Positions 28,825 through 37,475 of a stretch of 64,000 nucleotides of DNA are shown here, one piece after another; within the stretch, counting starts at the first letter, position 1; each line of letters starts with the position of its first letter. Source of the stretch: an uncultured Candidatus Saccharibacteria bacterium (lineage in GTDB: Bacteria > Patescibacteriota > Saccharimonadia > Saccharimonadales > 2-12-FULL-41-12); NCBI GenBank assembly GCA_947085855.1, contig CAMTYB010000001.1, positions 564,427-628,426 of the forward strand, read 5' to 3'. The translations under genes and the position numbers were made by a program. A model generated the notes under the pieces. It did not search any database, had not been told where the DNA came from, and worked only from the letters and a program-made list of their open reading frames with translations.

Positions 28825-29073
28825 TTAACGCACCTTGAGCATCAGTCGCAAGTTGGATAGATAATGTGCTGGGTCAACTTGCGGATGTCTTTTTAGATAA
28901 TTCAAATGTCCTTGCACAAACGGGACAGCATTGTCAGGGTACGTATCGGTGTCGGCACTATACCCAGGCATCGTACGAAAGGAATCATCCTTAAGGAGTG
29001 CCTGGAGCTCTTGCGTAACCTCTAGTTCCTGCATAAAACGTTTCATCTTTAATTTCATATACGCTGACGACAT
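28825..29073 (-). CDS. hypothetical small protein
   Basis: 82 aa ORF only. Confidence 0.3.
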   Translation of the reverse strand: MSSAYMKLKMKRFMQELEVTQELQALLKDDSFRTMPGYSADTDTYPDNAVPFVQGHLNYLKRHPQVDPAHYLSNLRLMLKVR

Positions 29074-29344
29074 AACTAAGCCTTATTGACTTTCTTGGGC
29101 TTTTTGACTTCTTTGCGCCCTTTATCTTTCGCCATTACGCGGCTACTTTCTTGGGTGCAAATTGAATCGGCGTTGTGTATTTGATTGTTGATAGTAGGAT
29201 TGTTGCCCTGGTCATAGGATGTCCTTAAGATTATCTTACTCAACTAGGTCGACGACAATCTTTCCTTCATTCTCCTCTAAACAATGCTTTAGGGTTGAAG
29301 TGGACTAAGCTACCTCTCATTATACGCTGATAAGAGTTAATGAC

Positions 29345-30004
29345 CTAATTGAGCAATTCGGATACGCGCTTAATTAAGCCTGGGCGAGCTTCACCATTAA
29401 AATTATGGTCACCACTAATCTGCTCTAAATCTATAGACTCGGTGGTATTGTCGAAGTTTGTTATGCCTAGAACATCATCTTCGTTGGCAATAATGAAAAT
29501 AGTTTTTACACGCTGCGCCAGATTATTGTAGAGCTGCATTACGTTAAGAGGCCGGGCGCTTTCCCAGTAAGCTTTGGGGACTATGGTAATAGAGCCGTCC
29601 CGGCGAACAATTTTTGAGACACCCTCAAGATCAATTTTGCTACCTGCGGCGTTGCGGAAGCGTCCGGCTATTCTTTCCACGCTCACATTATCGGGTGGAG
29701 CCAAACATATGACACGCCTGACATTGTCTAGGTTAGCCAAAGCTGCCACAATGCTGCCTTGCGAATGGGCCACAATATCGATTACTTTCTCCTCGCCATC
29801 ATCTAATGTGCTTAGTATGGTATTGAGTCGTTTGACTTGTTCCTGGAAAGGATTGACAGTTAGCTCATTATTCTCTGGATTAATATCGTTATAGTCGAAC
29901 AAGATATGCTCGTATCCTGGCATGGAGGCAGAGATGTCAGCCAGTAAACCTCGGTCGGTTCTGTCGACTCCAAAACCATGTGAATAGACAATGAAATGTT
30001 TCAT
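29345..30004 (-). CDS. alpha/beta-hydrolase fold protein (lipase/esterase-like, DUF900/PGAP1-like)
   Basis: VAHSQGS (GxSxG nucleophile elbow). 219 aa. Confidence 0.55.
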   Translation of the reverse strand: MKHFIVYSHGFGVDRTDRGLLADISASMPGYEHILFDYNDINPENNELTVNPFQEQVKRLNTILSTLDDGEEKVIDIVAHSQGSIVAALANLDNVRRVICLAPPDNVSVERIAGRFRNAAGSKIDLEGVSKIVRRDGSITIVPKAYWESARPLNVMQLYNNLAQRVKTIFIIANEDDVLGITNFDNTTESIDLEQISGDHNFNGEARPGLIKRVSELLN

Positions 30005-30029
30005 CTCAATATGATAGCAAACGGTTGGC

Positions 30030-30353
30030 TTACGTTCTGTGGTGATCTACAGCCAAGCAAGCCACGCGTGCGATCAAATCTTCCTGCGCAGAAGCAAACC
30101 GGGTCTCGATGTGTGTGCGGGGAAGAGCTCCCTGGTTCGAAAAGACTGCAAAAAAGTCACCTTGCTCGGGTGCTGGTAAGGGCTCTTGTCTGATGTGAAT
30201 TGTGACGTCAGAGTCTAGAAGCGTAACCTCAAATAACCTGAAATTTGGCTTGACGGTGTATTCGTCCTCCGCACCCAACGGTATTTCTGCTATTTTTGTA
30301 CGTTCACCGGCATTTTCTATGATCGGTATTTGATCAATATGTATATTTGCCAT
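30030..30353 (-). CDS. hypothetical protein
   Basis: 107 aa ORF only. Confidence 0.35.
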   Translation of the reverse strand: MANIHIDQIPIIENAGERTKIAEIPLGAEDEYTVKPNFRLFEVTLLDSDVTIHIRQEPLPAPEQGDFFAVFSNQGALPRTHIETRFASAQEDLIARVACLAVDHHRT

Positions 30354-30416
30354 ACTAAGACTATTCCTTTTGTGTGTAAATTTTGCAAGCTTAAGAAAAA
30401 AGATTAACCCATGGCA

Positions 30417-31556
30417 TTACTTTTGTAGAAGCGCTTGCCTGAGACTATAGAATGCTGGCTTTGGTTTGTAGTTAGCGTCAAATATCAAAGGGCTAGAATT
30501 CGGCGTGCCTGGTAAGTAGTTGTACCACGTTTCTTTGTCGGTTATGCCGAGCAGGGAGAAGCTAGGACAAACTTCTGACTCTATGCAGGCGCGCATCATC
30601 TCGTAGTAAATGCCTGACTGTATGTCGTCTCGGGCTTTCGCGTCAGCCTTGACATCATTCATGTTGACATCGAGTTCTGTGACATAGACCTTGACGCCGA
30701 GTTCACCAAATCGTTTCATGTTTGCAACAACTTCATCTTTGACCGGAGGATGGGAGCCGTCAATGTGCATCTGCATGCCAATACCATCAATCGGTATGCC
30801 GCGTTGCTTGGCGCCTTTTATATAGTCGTACATTGCGTTTGATGTCTCGTTCATGCTTTCGTTATTAAAGTCATTTAGCAATAACTTTGAATGTGGGTCG
30901 GCCTGACGAGCCCAAATAAAAGATTGGTCAATGTAGCTCTGATCGCCAATATTATCGGCCCACCAGTCATTCAGGCCGTACAGGTGTTGATCGCGAGTAA
31001 ATGCTTCATTTACTACTGACCATTGCAACACTCTGCCTTTATAGCGATTTCCCATCGTTGAGATGTGATTCTTAATTAGGCCCATGAGCTGTTCCTTTGT
31101 GTAGTTGCCGTTAATAAGCCAGTTCGGCAGCCATTTTTCTTCACCCCAAATGTAGTGGTGCATTTCGATGTCCATATTATTCTTTTCGGCAAATTCTACA
31201 ACTTGATCCACGCGGCTAAAGTTAAATGTTTTTTCAGAAGGACGTAAGTCGGTATCGGTAAAGTGCCAGTTCGGCTGGTTATCGGCAAGAGCAAGGTCAA
31301 ATTGGGAGGTCAATATATCGGTGTATGGCTTCTCGTCAAAAAGCTTGGGCATCGCAAAATTACCAAGTTGAATATTCTTTTCGGCTGCCAGTGACTTGAG
31401 CGAGGGCTCGGGCAGATCTGGGGTGACAGTTGTATTAGTTTTGTCGCCAGCCAGAAACAAGCCGAGGACTGTTATTCCCGCAACAGCGACTATCGGCACA
31501 CCAAACTTTTTAGTTCGTATGAATGACAGTAGGCGTTTCATGAACAGTGGCCCCAA
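30417..31556 (-). CDS. secreted/membrane-anchored glycoside hydrolase family 10 endo-1,4-beta-xylanase
   Basis: WSVVNEAF (acid/base Glu) and VYVTELDVN (nucleophile Glu) GH10 motifs. N-terminal TM/signal. Confidence 0.8.
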   Translation of the reverse strand: MGPLFMKRLLSFIRTKKFGVPIVAVAGITVLGLFLAGDKTNTTVTPDLPEPSLKSLAAEKNIQLGNFAMPKLFDEKPYTDILTSQFDLALADNQPNWHFTDTDLRPSEKTFNFSRVDQVVEFAEKNNMDIEMHHYIWGEEKWLPNWLINGNYTKEQLMGLIKNHISTMGNRYKGRVLQWSVVNEAFTRDQHLYGLNDWWADNIGDQSYIDQSFIWARQADPHSKLLLNDFNNESMNETSNAMYDYIKGAKQRGIPIDGIGMQMHIDGSHPPVKDEVVANMKRFGELGVKVYVTELDVNMNDVKADAKARDDIQSGIYYEMMRACIESEVCPSFSLLGITDKETWYNYLPGTPNSSPLIFDANYKPKPAFYSLRQALLQK

Positions 31557-31920
31557 AATTTATAGCAGTGCGGAGACTGGCTAAATGCAAGCCCCCACTT
31601 AGTGCTAGCTACTCTCAGTTTGTTCAGGCTTAGTTGTTTCTGCCGGCTTTGTATCTTCGTCAGGTTTGTCGCCCGTACGAATATACTCAGAGAAGTGTAC
31701 TTTTTGTTTAGTGTCTTTAATCGGTGTAAATACTGACATATGGATGCCTTTCGCTAAGATTGTTACTTGCAAATCCAGTAACAATCTTTATCGATTAGCT
31801 CCCGCACGAGATATTTAGTGTTGTAGTGGTTTACGTATCTCTTACTATACGCTTGGCCTTGACATTATCCTAATCTCATATTATGACATATAAAGATACC
31901 TCTGTTGGACGTATTAAGCA

Positions 31921-32220
31921 TTACTTAAGAGGTCGCTTCTTCTTTTCATGTTCTACTACCAAAAAGGAGCCTAGTGCAGCACCCAGGGCAACAGGGACTA
32001 TATATAAGTAGTTTGAGATAATCGCAACTATTTCAACAGCTAGAGTTATATACAATATGAAAGTCACTGCCGCTGACCTTAGGGACTTATGCTGGACCAG
32101 GGAAAACGTAAGTGAAGAGTCCAGCATCTCTATAAACAAATAAAAAACAAAGAATGCAATTGCCGCCAAGAAGTTAAATTTTGCCCAGGCTTCCGAAAGG
32201 GTCATCAGTTCCAGATCCAT
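31921..32220 (-). CDS. small 3-TM membrane protein
   Basis: 99 aa hydrophobic ORF with a basic C-terminal KKKRPLK. Confidence 0.4.
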   Translation of the reverse strand: MDLELMTLSEAWAKFNFLAAIAFFVFYLFIEMLDSSLTFSLVQHKSLRSAAVTFILYITLAVEIVAIISNYLYIVPVALGAALGSFLVVEHEKKKRPLK

Positions 32221-32447
32221 GACTTAATCATAACAAACCGACGACCAGCTTGACTAAAAGTTATATACATTATAAAATTTTATTACTGTCTTATGACAGC
32301 ATCAAGAGTACGGCGAGAGATCTAGCTCTGCGACCCGTCAGCAACCTGCTCAGCAAGGTGCTCCACCTAGACCAATTAATTACTAATTGGAAGGATGTCG
32401 CTACAACCAAACTATGTACCAACATCCTTTCGTAAGAAAGGATTTTT

Positions 32448-32909
32448 ATGTTTCAAAGAGATTTAAGCGAGACCGAACAAAAGCGGCTTACGCCAGAAAC
32501 AATACCAGAAGGGTGCAGTCCATTTGAGCAATATGTACTCACGTCGCCATTTCAGCGTGAGCTATCACACCACCAGGGTGTCATGTTGGTGGCATCGGCT
32601 ACTATAGGCAGAATAGCTGTGGCCGACAGGTACACTCGCATTAGTCAGGGCGTAGAGAGTGAGGACTGGAAAGTAGGGGTATTTCACTCACAAAGAGACG
32701 GCTTCATCGACATGCGTTCGCCGGACGAATACCGTACAATCCATTTTTCTGACCTGTATCGATCTCCTGAACTTGTTGATTATCAATGGTTTCTGAAGGA
32801 ACAGATTGAATCTCAGATTGCTTTTGAGAGGCGATCAAATTTAGACTGGAGTGAGCAGAAACTTAAGATCTTGCTCGAACAATACCGAAAAGCTAGGATT
32901 GATCAATAG
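32448..32909 (+). CDS. hypothetical cytoplasmic protein
   Basis: 153 aa ORF. Convergent with the kinase-like pair. Confidence 0.4.
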   Translation: MFQRDLSETEQKRLTPETIPEGCSPFEQYVLTSPFQRELSHHQGVMLVASATIGRIAVADRYTRISQGVESEDWKVGVFHSQRDGFIDMRSPDEYRTIHFSDLYRSPELVDYQWFLKEQIESQIAFERRSNLDWSEQKLKILLEQYRKARIDQ

Positions 32910-32911
32910 TG

Positions 32912-33433
32912 TTAATATCTGCGCCGCCGCCGGCTTACTTGTGCGATGCCCATCACTGTGAGCACCTTAGGCAAGTCACCTGCATTAGCAATGCCTGCTT
33001 TCAGAACAAGAGGAAGTCGAGTATCGTCATTGCTTTTACTTTCGACTGCAAATACTAAACTAGGCGCACGTATTAAATTCCTGCTGGCCGTAAAGAGTAC
33101 TCCATTCGCAAGTGATGAGTTTTCAACTTTACCTATACCGGAATGCGGATTGCCTGACAGCACCGACGAAATCCCGCTAAATAAAACCGACTGCAAGCTC
33201 GTAGAATCAGCATGAGTGACTGAGCCGGCTATTTTGCGCACCGAGTTACTTAAGCCTACGATGCTTCCATACAAAAATTCACTATCGGCGATTTCAACAG
33301 CCACGGTAGATATATGTGCAGAGGGTGTGTTTATCCATGGATAATTTTCGCCACTGACTTCAACAGATGGATGAGGCCTTACGGCAACTTCTAAATTCGA
33401 CATAACACTACCAAGCTTATTTTTGTGAACCAA
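32912..33433 (-). CDS. hypothetical protein, translationally coupled to the upstream P-loop gene (17-nt overlap)
   Basis: 173 aa ORF with an Arg5 C-terminus. No recognisable motif. Confidence 0.4.
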   Translation of the reverse strand: MVHKNKLGSVMSNLEVAVRPHPSVEVSGENYPWINTPSAHISTVAVEIADSEFLYGSIVGLSNSVRKIAGSVTHADSTSLQSVLFSGISSVLSGNPHSGIGKVENSSLANGVLFTASRNLIRAPSLVFAVESKSNDDTRLPLVLKAGIANAGDLPKVLTVMGIAQVSRRRRRY

Positions 33434-33881
33434 GGTCGACTATATCGCCAAGAAACTGACCTTGCTGCAAAACCACATGGTCGGCATTGCCTTGTACTTC
33501 AAGTTGCCCAACAAATTCATCCCACTTAGCTGCCATTAAATTAATGAAGCCCTCAGGACTACCTCTATCTTCAAAGCGTTGAATGTATTCTTCTTTCAAA
33601 TCTCGTTCTGGGTATGCGAGTGTAAAGCGTATTCCATGATCGACTAAAGCATTTCTAACATCTTCATGAGTAGACACGAGGATCAGGGAAGCAGAGCCGA
33701 TACTTTCGGTAATGTGCTCCATATAGTTAGTGGGAAAATCCGGATTTCTAACTTTTTCAGCACCTTCGCCAAGCCAAGAGTACGAACTAGAGTCAGAGTC
33801 TAAGACCACTCCTTCGCCTGTATAGTTTTTTGTAAAGTGTGATTTGCCTGTGCCAGGAAAGGCGGATAGTACCTTATTCAT
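33417..33881 (-). CDS. small P-loop NTPase, nucleotide/polynucleotide-kinase-like (AAA_33/Pnk-like)
   Basis: Walker A FPGTGKSH at the N-terminus and a hhhhST/D Walker-B-like ILVSTHED. 154 aa. Confidence 0.55.
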   Translation of the reverse strand: MNKVLSAFPGTGKSHFTKNYTGEGVVLDSDSSSYSWLGEGAEKVRNPDFPTNYMEHITESIGSASLILVSTHEDVRNALVDHGIRFTLAYPERDLKEEYIQRFEDRGSPEGFINLMAAKWDEFVGQLEVQGNADHVVLQQGQFLGDIVDLGSQK

Positions 33882-33920
33882 TACTATAATTATAACATAC
33901 TTTACCGTATTTACAATAAC

Positions 33921-34232
33921 TTATAGACTGCCTAAGCCCCAGATAAACATGAAGATGCTGCCTACTATGCTGGAAAGTATGCTTATTGCTAAAGAAATTG
34001 TTGCGGCACCTTCTTTTGATTTGTCCGCTAGGGTGCGACCAATCGTCATGCCGAGCAAAGAAACGAGTAAAAACGGTACGTTATATATGCCGATTAATAT
34101 AAGCTGCAAGCCGGCGTACTGCTGAGTTTCTGTATCTGCCCCAAACATGAGCATAAAGTTGGCAACTACGGGCATGAAGAATAATATGACAAGTAATACT
34201 GTCGCAACTGTTTTGAGGGTTGATAACTTCAT
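33921..34232 (-). CDS. small 3-TM membrane protein
   Basis: 103 aa hydrophobic ORF. Confidence 0.4.
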   Translation of the reverse strand: MKLSTLKTVATVLLVILFFMPVVANFMLMFGADTETQQYAGLQLILIGIYNVPFLLVSLLGMTIGRTLADKSKEGAATISLAISILSSIVGSIFMFIWGLGSL

Positions 34233-34290
34233 AATTCTTTATTTTAGATCTACCTAGAACAAGTATAGATTATAAAGTCATAAATTAGTA

Positions 34291-34338
34291 AAAAAGCTCC
34301 AACTTTAGTTGAGGCGTTTTTCTTTGCAGGGTATGTCC
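34291..34338. repeat. copy 1 of a ~48-bp repeated terminator-like element (A-run / imperfect hairpin GCYCCAAC-TTN-GTTGAGGC / T-run)
   Basis: About 42/48 identity with 34941..34988, read directly. Confidence 0.6.
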
Positions 34339-34414
34339 ATTCGAATTGGAATCCCTCATCAGAACCAAAAGCCGACGGAAGGAGTTATCGAGGGCAATAG
34401 TATACTAGGTTACC

Positions 34415-34780
34415 CTAAGAACTAGGATTGGAATTAGGTTGGTCTTGTAGGGGAAAGACAGTATCGCAAAACTCAGGAATTTCCTCAGTTGAGGCGACAG
34501 CTTCCCAGGCCGTGACTACTGCGCTACCAAGCAGGCAGGCCTCCTCTGCTGTTATTGGAGGTTCTGTTCTGTAAAGTCTCATGATCGTTGAGTCTCCTTT
34601 AGTGCGCTCGTCCTCAATATCCCCAAATTGTTTTTCAATCGATGCACCTGCTTGCAGTACTACAGCGTGCATAATTCCTTCTAGCTTTTCACGGTATTCC
34701 CGCCAGACTTTGCCTTGAGCATCGTTCTCTATTCCGGGTCGGAATTGGTCGTAGATAAAGGAAGGGTATGAGTCCGCCAT
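34415..34780 (-). CDS. hypothetical protein
   Basis: 121 aa ORF between the two repeat copies. Confidence 0.4.
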   Translation of the reverse strand: MADSYPSFIYDQFRPGIENDAQGKVWREYREKLEGIMHAVVLQAGASIEKQFGDIEDERTKGDSTIMRLYRTEPPITAEEACLLGSAVVTAWEAVASTEEIPEFCDTVFPLQDQPNSNPSS

Positions 34781-34843
34781 ATTTTCTCCATATGATTAAA
34801 ACTTAAGTACAATTATAACATTTGTTTTAATATATTACAAATT

Positions 34844-34860
34844 TAGCAGAGGGCAGGACT
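34844..34860. other. 17-nt imperfect copy (TAGCAGAGGGCAGGACT) of the 3-prime end of the tRNA at 51102..51176 (TAGCGGGGGCAGGACT); candidate distal att remnant
   Basis: Exact 10-mer GGGCAGGACT plus flanking TAGC shared with the tRNA gene. Sits at the low-G+C transition just before the SIR2 gene. Confidence 0.35.
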
Positions 34861-34940
34861 ATAGTTTCTCGCTGGGTTCGACATACTATTCTCGCTAACC
34901 GCTCGATTATTGAACGTTCGCAGCCTAGACTCTGCACAAG

Positions 34941-34988
34941 AAAAAAGCCCCAACTTTCGTTGAGGCGTTTTTCTTGGTAGAGCATGTC
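34941..34988. repeat. copy 2 of the ~48-bp repeated terminator-like element
   Basis: See copy 1. Confidence 0.6.
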
Positions 34989-35179
34989 GGTCTGGAACCT
35001 CACTATAGAGGTGAGTGAGACAAATGAGACACAGAACGCCTTAAAAGGGGATGTTTCATTTTTTGCTGGCTAACAGTTATGTTTATGACATACATATCGT
35101 AAAACCGAACAAATCCCGCACTTGCTCCGCTTAATAGTATTATTCCATCGGAATAGCCACTGAATCCTTGCGAAAGTGG

Positions 35180-36211
35180 CTATTTTGCTTTCTGCTCGGC
35201 ATCAATAAGCGGCTTATACCACTTAGCCATGTCGTCAAAATTGGCAAAGGCCTGCGGCACAGGATTATTGGATATAAACTTAGCTTCCCAGTACTGATTC
35301 CAGTAAGCCTCAATTGAACGTCGAGGATGTTTGGTAATGAATGAGTCATAAAAACTATCAAGCACATCAAAGTGGTGGGTATGGATAAAGGGGTCCCAGG
35401 TTTCCCGAAGCTTATCATGATCGGCACCCGGGCGGTTGATAATTTCAGTCTGCTCCATTGCCCGGTCATTGTTATCACCCCAGCCTTTCTTTAGTAGCTC
35501 AATGGCCTCTTTGTCAGTTGTTGGAGCACTATAGCCAAAGGCCGTAAACATGAAACAACCCTTCAAATAAAATCGGGCTGCCTGCCACTCGCGTTTAATG
35601 AAGCTGTCTGCCTGATAATCTTTGTTTTCAACCGGGTATAGTAACTCAGAAGGCATGAATGGTTCCCGGCACTTGCTACACGGTCGACCAGCCAACCCGC
35701 TCGTATTGTCTTTCCCGCAGAAGCCCACAGTTACATTACCATGTAAAAAGAACAGCTTCGGGAAGCTCGTGGTAATGCCAAGTTTAGCTAGCCGGATTCG
35801 GGATTGCATCAAAAACGGATCCCAATTAAACGTAAAAATAGCATCTTTATCACGCAGGGATAGATTGATTATGTCGTATAGGTTCGGCTCATCCGTCAGC
35901 TCAAGCTCCGAAAAATATTCACGCACCAGTGAATCAATCTTGCGCAATTCTTCAGATGGACCTAAGCCGAACAGTTTTGAATAAGCAGCCTCAAAATCTT
36001 GTACTGCCAGTACTTTTAAGTTGTCAGGAAATAGGTCTACCAGCTTTAGACCTTCGGCTACATCGCGAAGCAGCGGTACTGTCCGGCCATACTTATCACC
36101 GTCAGGCAAGGCGGCTTTACTTGCTCCAGCCCCCAGTAGAAGTACATGCGGCTTACCATGAAACGGGTTAGCAATTTCCTGTTCAACGGTGATTTCGTAG
36201 CCAGACGTCAT
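35180..36211 (-). CDS. SIR2-family (SIR2_2 / ThsA-like NADase-type) domain protein, stand-alone
   Basis: VLLLGAGASKAA (GAGxS), IFTFNWDPF (TTNYD-equivalent), FFLHGNV (HG motif), CFMFTAFGYSAPTTD (ThsA FLFVGFSFTDPNLD) with ThsA-like spacing. 22 nt downstream of the LexA-like gene. Confidence 0.65.
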   Translation of the reverse strand: MTSGYEITVEQEIANPFHGKPHVLLLGAGASKAALPDGDKYGRTVPLLRDVAEGLKLVDLFPDNLKVLAVQDFEAAYSKLFGLGPSEELRKIDSLVREYFSELELTDEPNLYDIINLSLRDKDAIFTFNWDPFLMQSRIRLAKLGITTSFPKLFFLHGNVTVGFCGKDNTSGLAGRPCSKCREPFMPSELLYPVENKDYQADSFIKREWQAARFYLKGCFMFTAFGYSAPTTDKEAIELLKKGWGDNNDRAMEQTEIINRPGADHDKLRETWDPFIHTHHFDVLDSFYDSFITKHPRRSIEAYWNQYWEAKFISNNPVPQAFANFDDMAKWYKPLIDAEQKAK

Positions 36212-36233
36212 ATAAAAGCCTTTAATTCATTAG

Positions 36234-36875
36234 CTAAGAGGCTAGTAACTCTGGTTTCCGTACGACTTGAATTACGGTACCACCAATTAAACCCTCCCAA
36301 TTATCTTGAGGATTTATGACTATCGGTTGAAAATCTTGCGAAGACTCAGAATGCAATACTATCAGCTCGTTTTCATAATCAAAATGGACACTTTTTATAT
36401 TTGATAGTCCTTCATGAATCACCGTCACTACCTCACCTTCTTTAGGTGTCTTTTTAGAACTGTCTACGATTACGTATGCTCCATTTTCTATATGATTTCC
36501 TCTAATTTTAGCTTTATTCATGGATTCGCCATCTACTTCTAATGCATAGAGGTCACTATAATTTGAGTTAGGCAGTAAAGATGCAGAAACTTTTAGAGTT
36601 CCAAGTTCATCTGATCCTGCAACGTGAGTTGCTGGTCCAGCATTTGCCTTTCCAAGAATTGGAATAGTAACTAAGCGAGCAGTTGTAGCGACTATGTTGC
36701 CCGCATTGCTAATGAGCCCTTCTTCCTTAAGCTTAATAATAATGTTCTTAACAATTTGCGGGTGCACGGAGCCACTGACTGGATTGGCTATTTGACGGCC
36801 AATTTCCCTATAACTCAGCTTATTGATATCCATCACCCGTGCTAAGCGTTGTATTTTTTCACGAGTTTCTAACAT
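36234..36875 (-). CDS. LexA-like / phage CI-like repressor (N-terminal winged HTH + C-terminal S24 self-cleaving peptidase)
   Basis: 213 aa. LexA-type DNA-binding domain (REIGRQIA....KLKEEGLI), Ser-Lys dyad GESM...(~25 aa)...KK. Confidence 0.7.
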   Translation of the reverse strand: MLETREKIQRLARVMDINKLSYREIGRQIANPVSGSVHPQIVKNIIIKLKEEGLISNAGNIVATTARLVTIPILGKANAGPATHVAGSDELGTLKVSASLLPNSNYSDLYALEVDGESMNKAKIRGNHIENGAYVIVDSSKKTPKEGEVVTVIHEGLSNIKSVHFDYENELIVLHSESSQDFQPIVINPQDNWEGLIGGTVIQVVRKPELLAS

Positions 36876-36937
36876 ATTCCTATATTAACAGAGGAGAAGC
36901 GTATTCGTCAATTAGAGTTGATTAACTATATTATTCT

Positions 36938-36966
36938 TGACAGCCCCCTGTCAAAACTCCTATAAT
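36938..36966 (+). promoter_or_regulatory. consensus sigma-70-type promoter (TTGACA-17 nt-TATAAT) whose -35 lies inside a perfect palindrome TTGACAG-CCCC-CTGTCAA (putative operator of the adjacent LexA-like repressor)
   Basis: TTGACA 36938..36943, palindrome 36938..36955, TATAAT 36961..36966, read directly. Divergent from the repressor gene. Confidence 0.6.
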
Positions 36967-37098
36967 TATTGGTAGCTAATGTGTGAAATAAACATATAGC
37001 AAAATCGCCGCGAAAGCCCTAGGAAAGCACAAACGCAGCGATTTATTGGACGATTGAGTCGTCCTCTCTATATTAACAAATAATGGAGGGTAAACACC

Positions 37099-37212
37099 AT
37101 GGGTAAAACCACCAAACCAACACCAAAGTATCGAGACGCCGGCTCAGGCCAATACGTCAAACCTTCATATGCGAAATCGCATCCGAAGACAACGGTTAAG
37201 GAGAGCAAATAA
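37099..37212 (+). CDS. small Lys/Pro-rich protein (37 aa) with a strong Shine-Dalgarno, first gene of the repressor-controlled rightward transcript
   Basis: GGAGGG 8 nt upstream of the ATG. Stop overlaps the next ATG (TAATG). Confidence 0.35.
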   Translation: MGKTTKPTPKYRDAGSGQYVKPSYAKSHPKTTVKESK

Positions 37213-37475
37213 TGGCTGACCGAGCAGTTAACCGGGCACGACATGATAGCGACGGCGATGTCACTGCAATCGGTAATCCAATCATGGCATGGTCGCCTCG
37301 TCTGAAGCGCGACGCGATCGATGACATAGAAAATGATGTGCACACCTATTATGTTCCGTGGAAAGTCAGTGGGCGATCGGAAATCAGAGTGGTTAATGGC
37401 CCTAACGGTAAGTATCTGCGAACTGATCGAGACGATACCCCAAAAAACAATCTTGATGATTTGGATGAGTGTTAG
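37212..37475 (+). CDS. small acidic hypothetical protein (possibly DUF3892-like)
   Basis: 87 aa ORF translationally coupled to the preceding small ORF. Confidence 0.35.
   Translation: MADRAVNRARHDSDGDVTAIGNPIMAWSPRLKRDAIDDIENDVHTYYVPWKVSGRSEIRVVNGPNGKYLRTDRDDTPKNNLDDLDEC

Noticed and set aside
29075-29134. 19-codon ORF MAKDKGRKEVKKPKKVNKA on the minus strand that looks like a tiny basic ribosomal-type peptide
   Set aside because: No convincing RBS and not recognisable as any known small ribosomal protein. Too short to support.
35140-35183. Hairpin ATAGCCACT-N13-AGTGGCTAT overlapping the SIR2 gene stop codon
   Set aside because: No U-tract on the relevant strand. It may just be a stem-loop stabiliser and is not called as a terminator.
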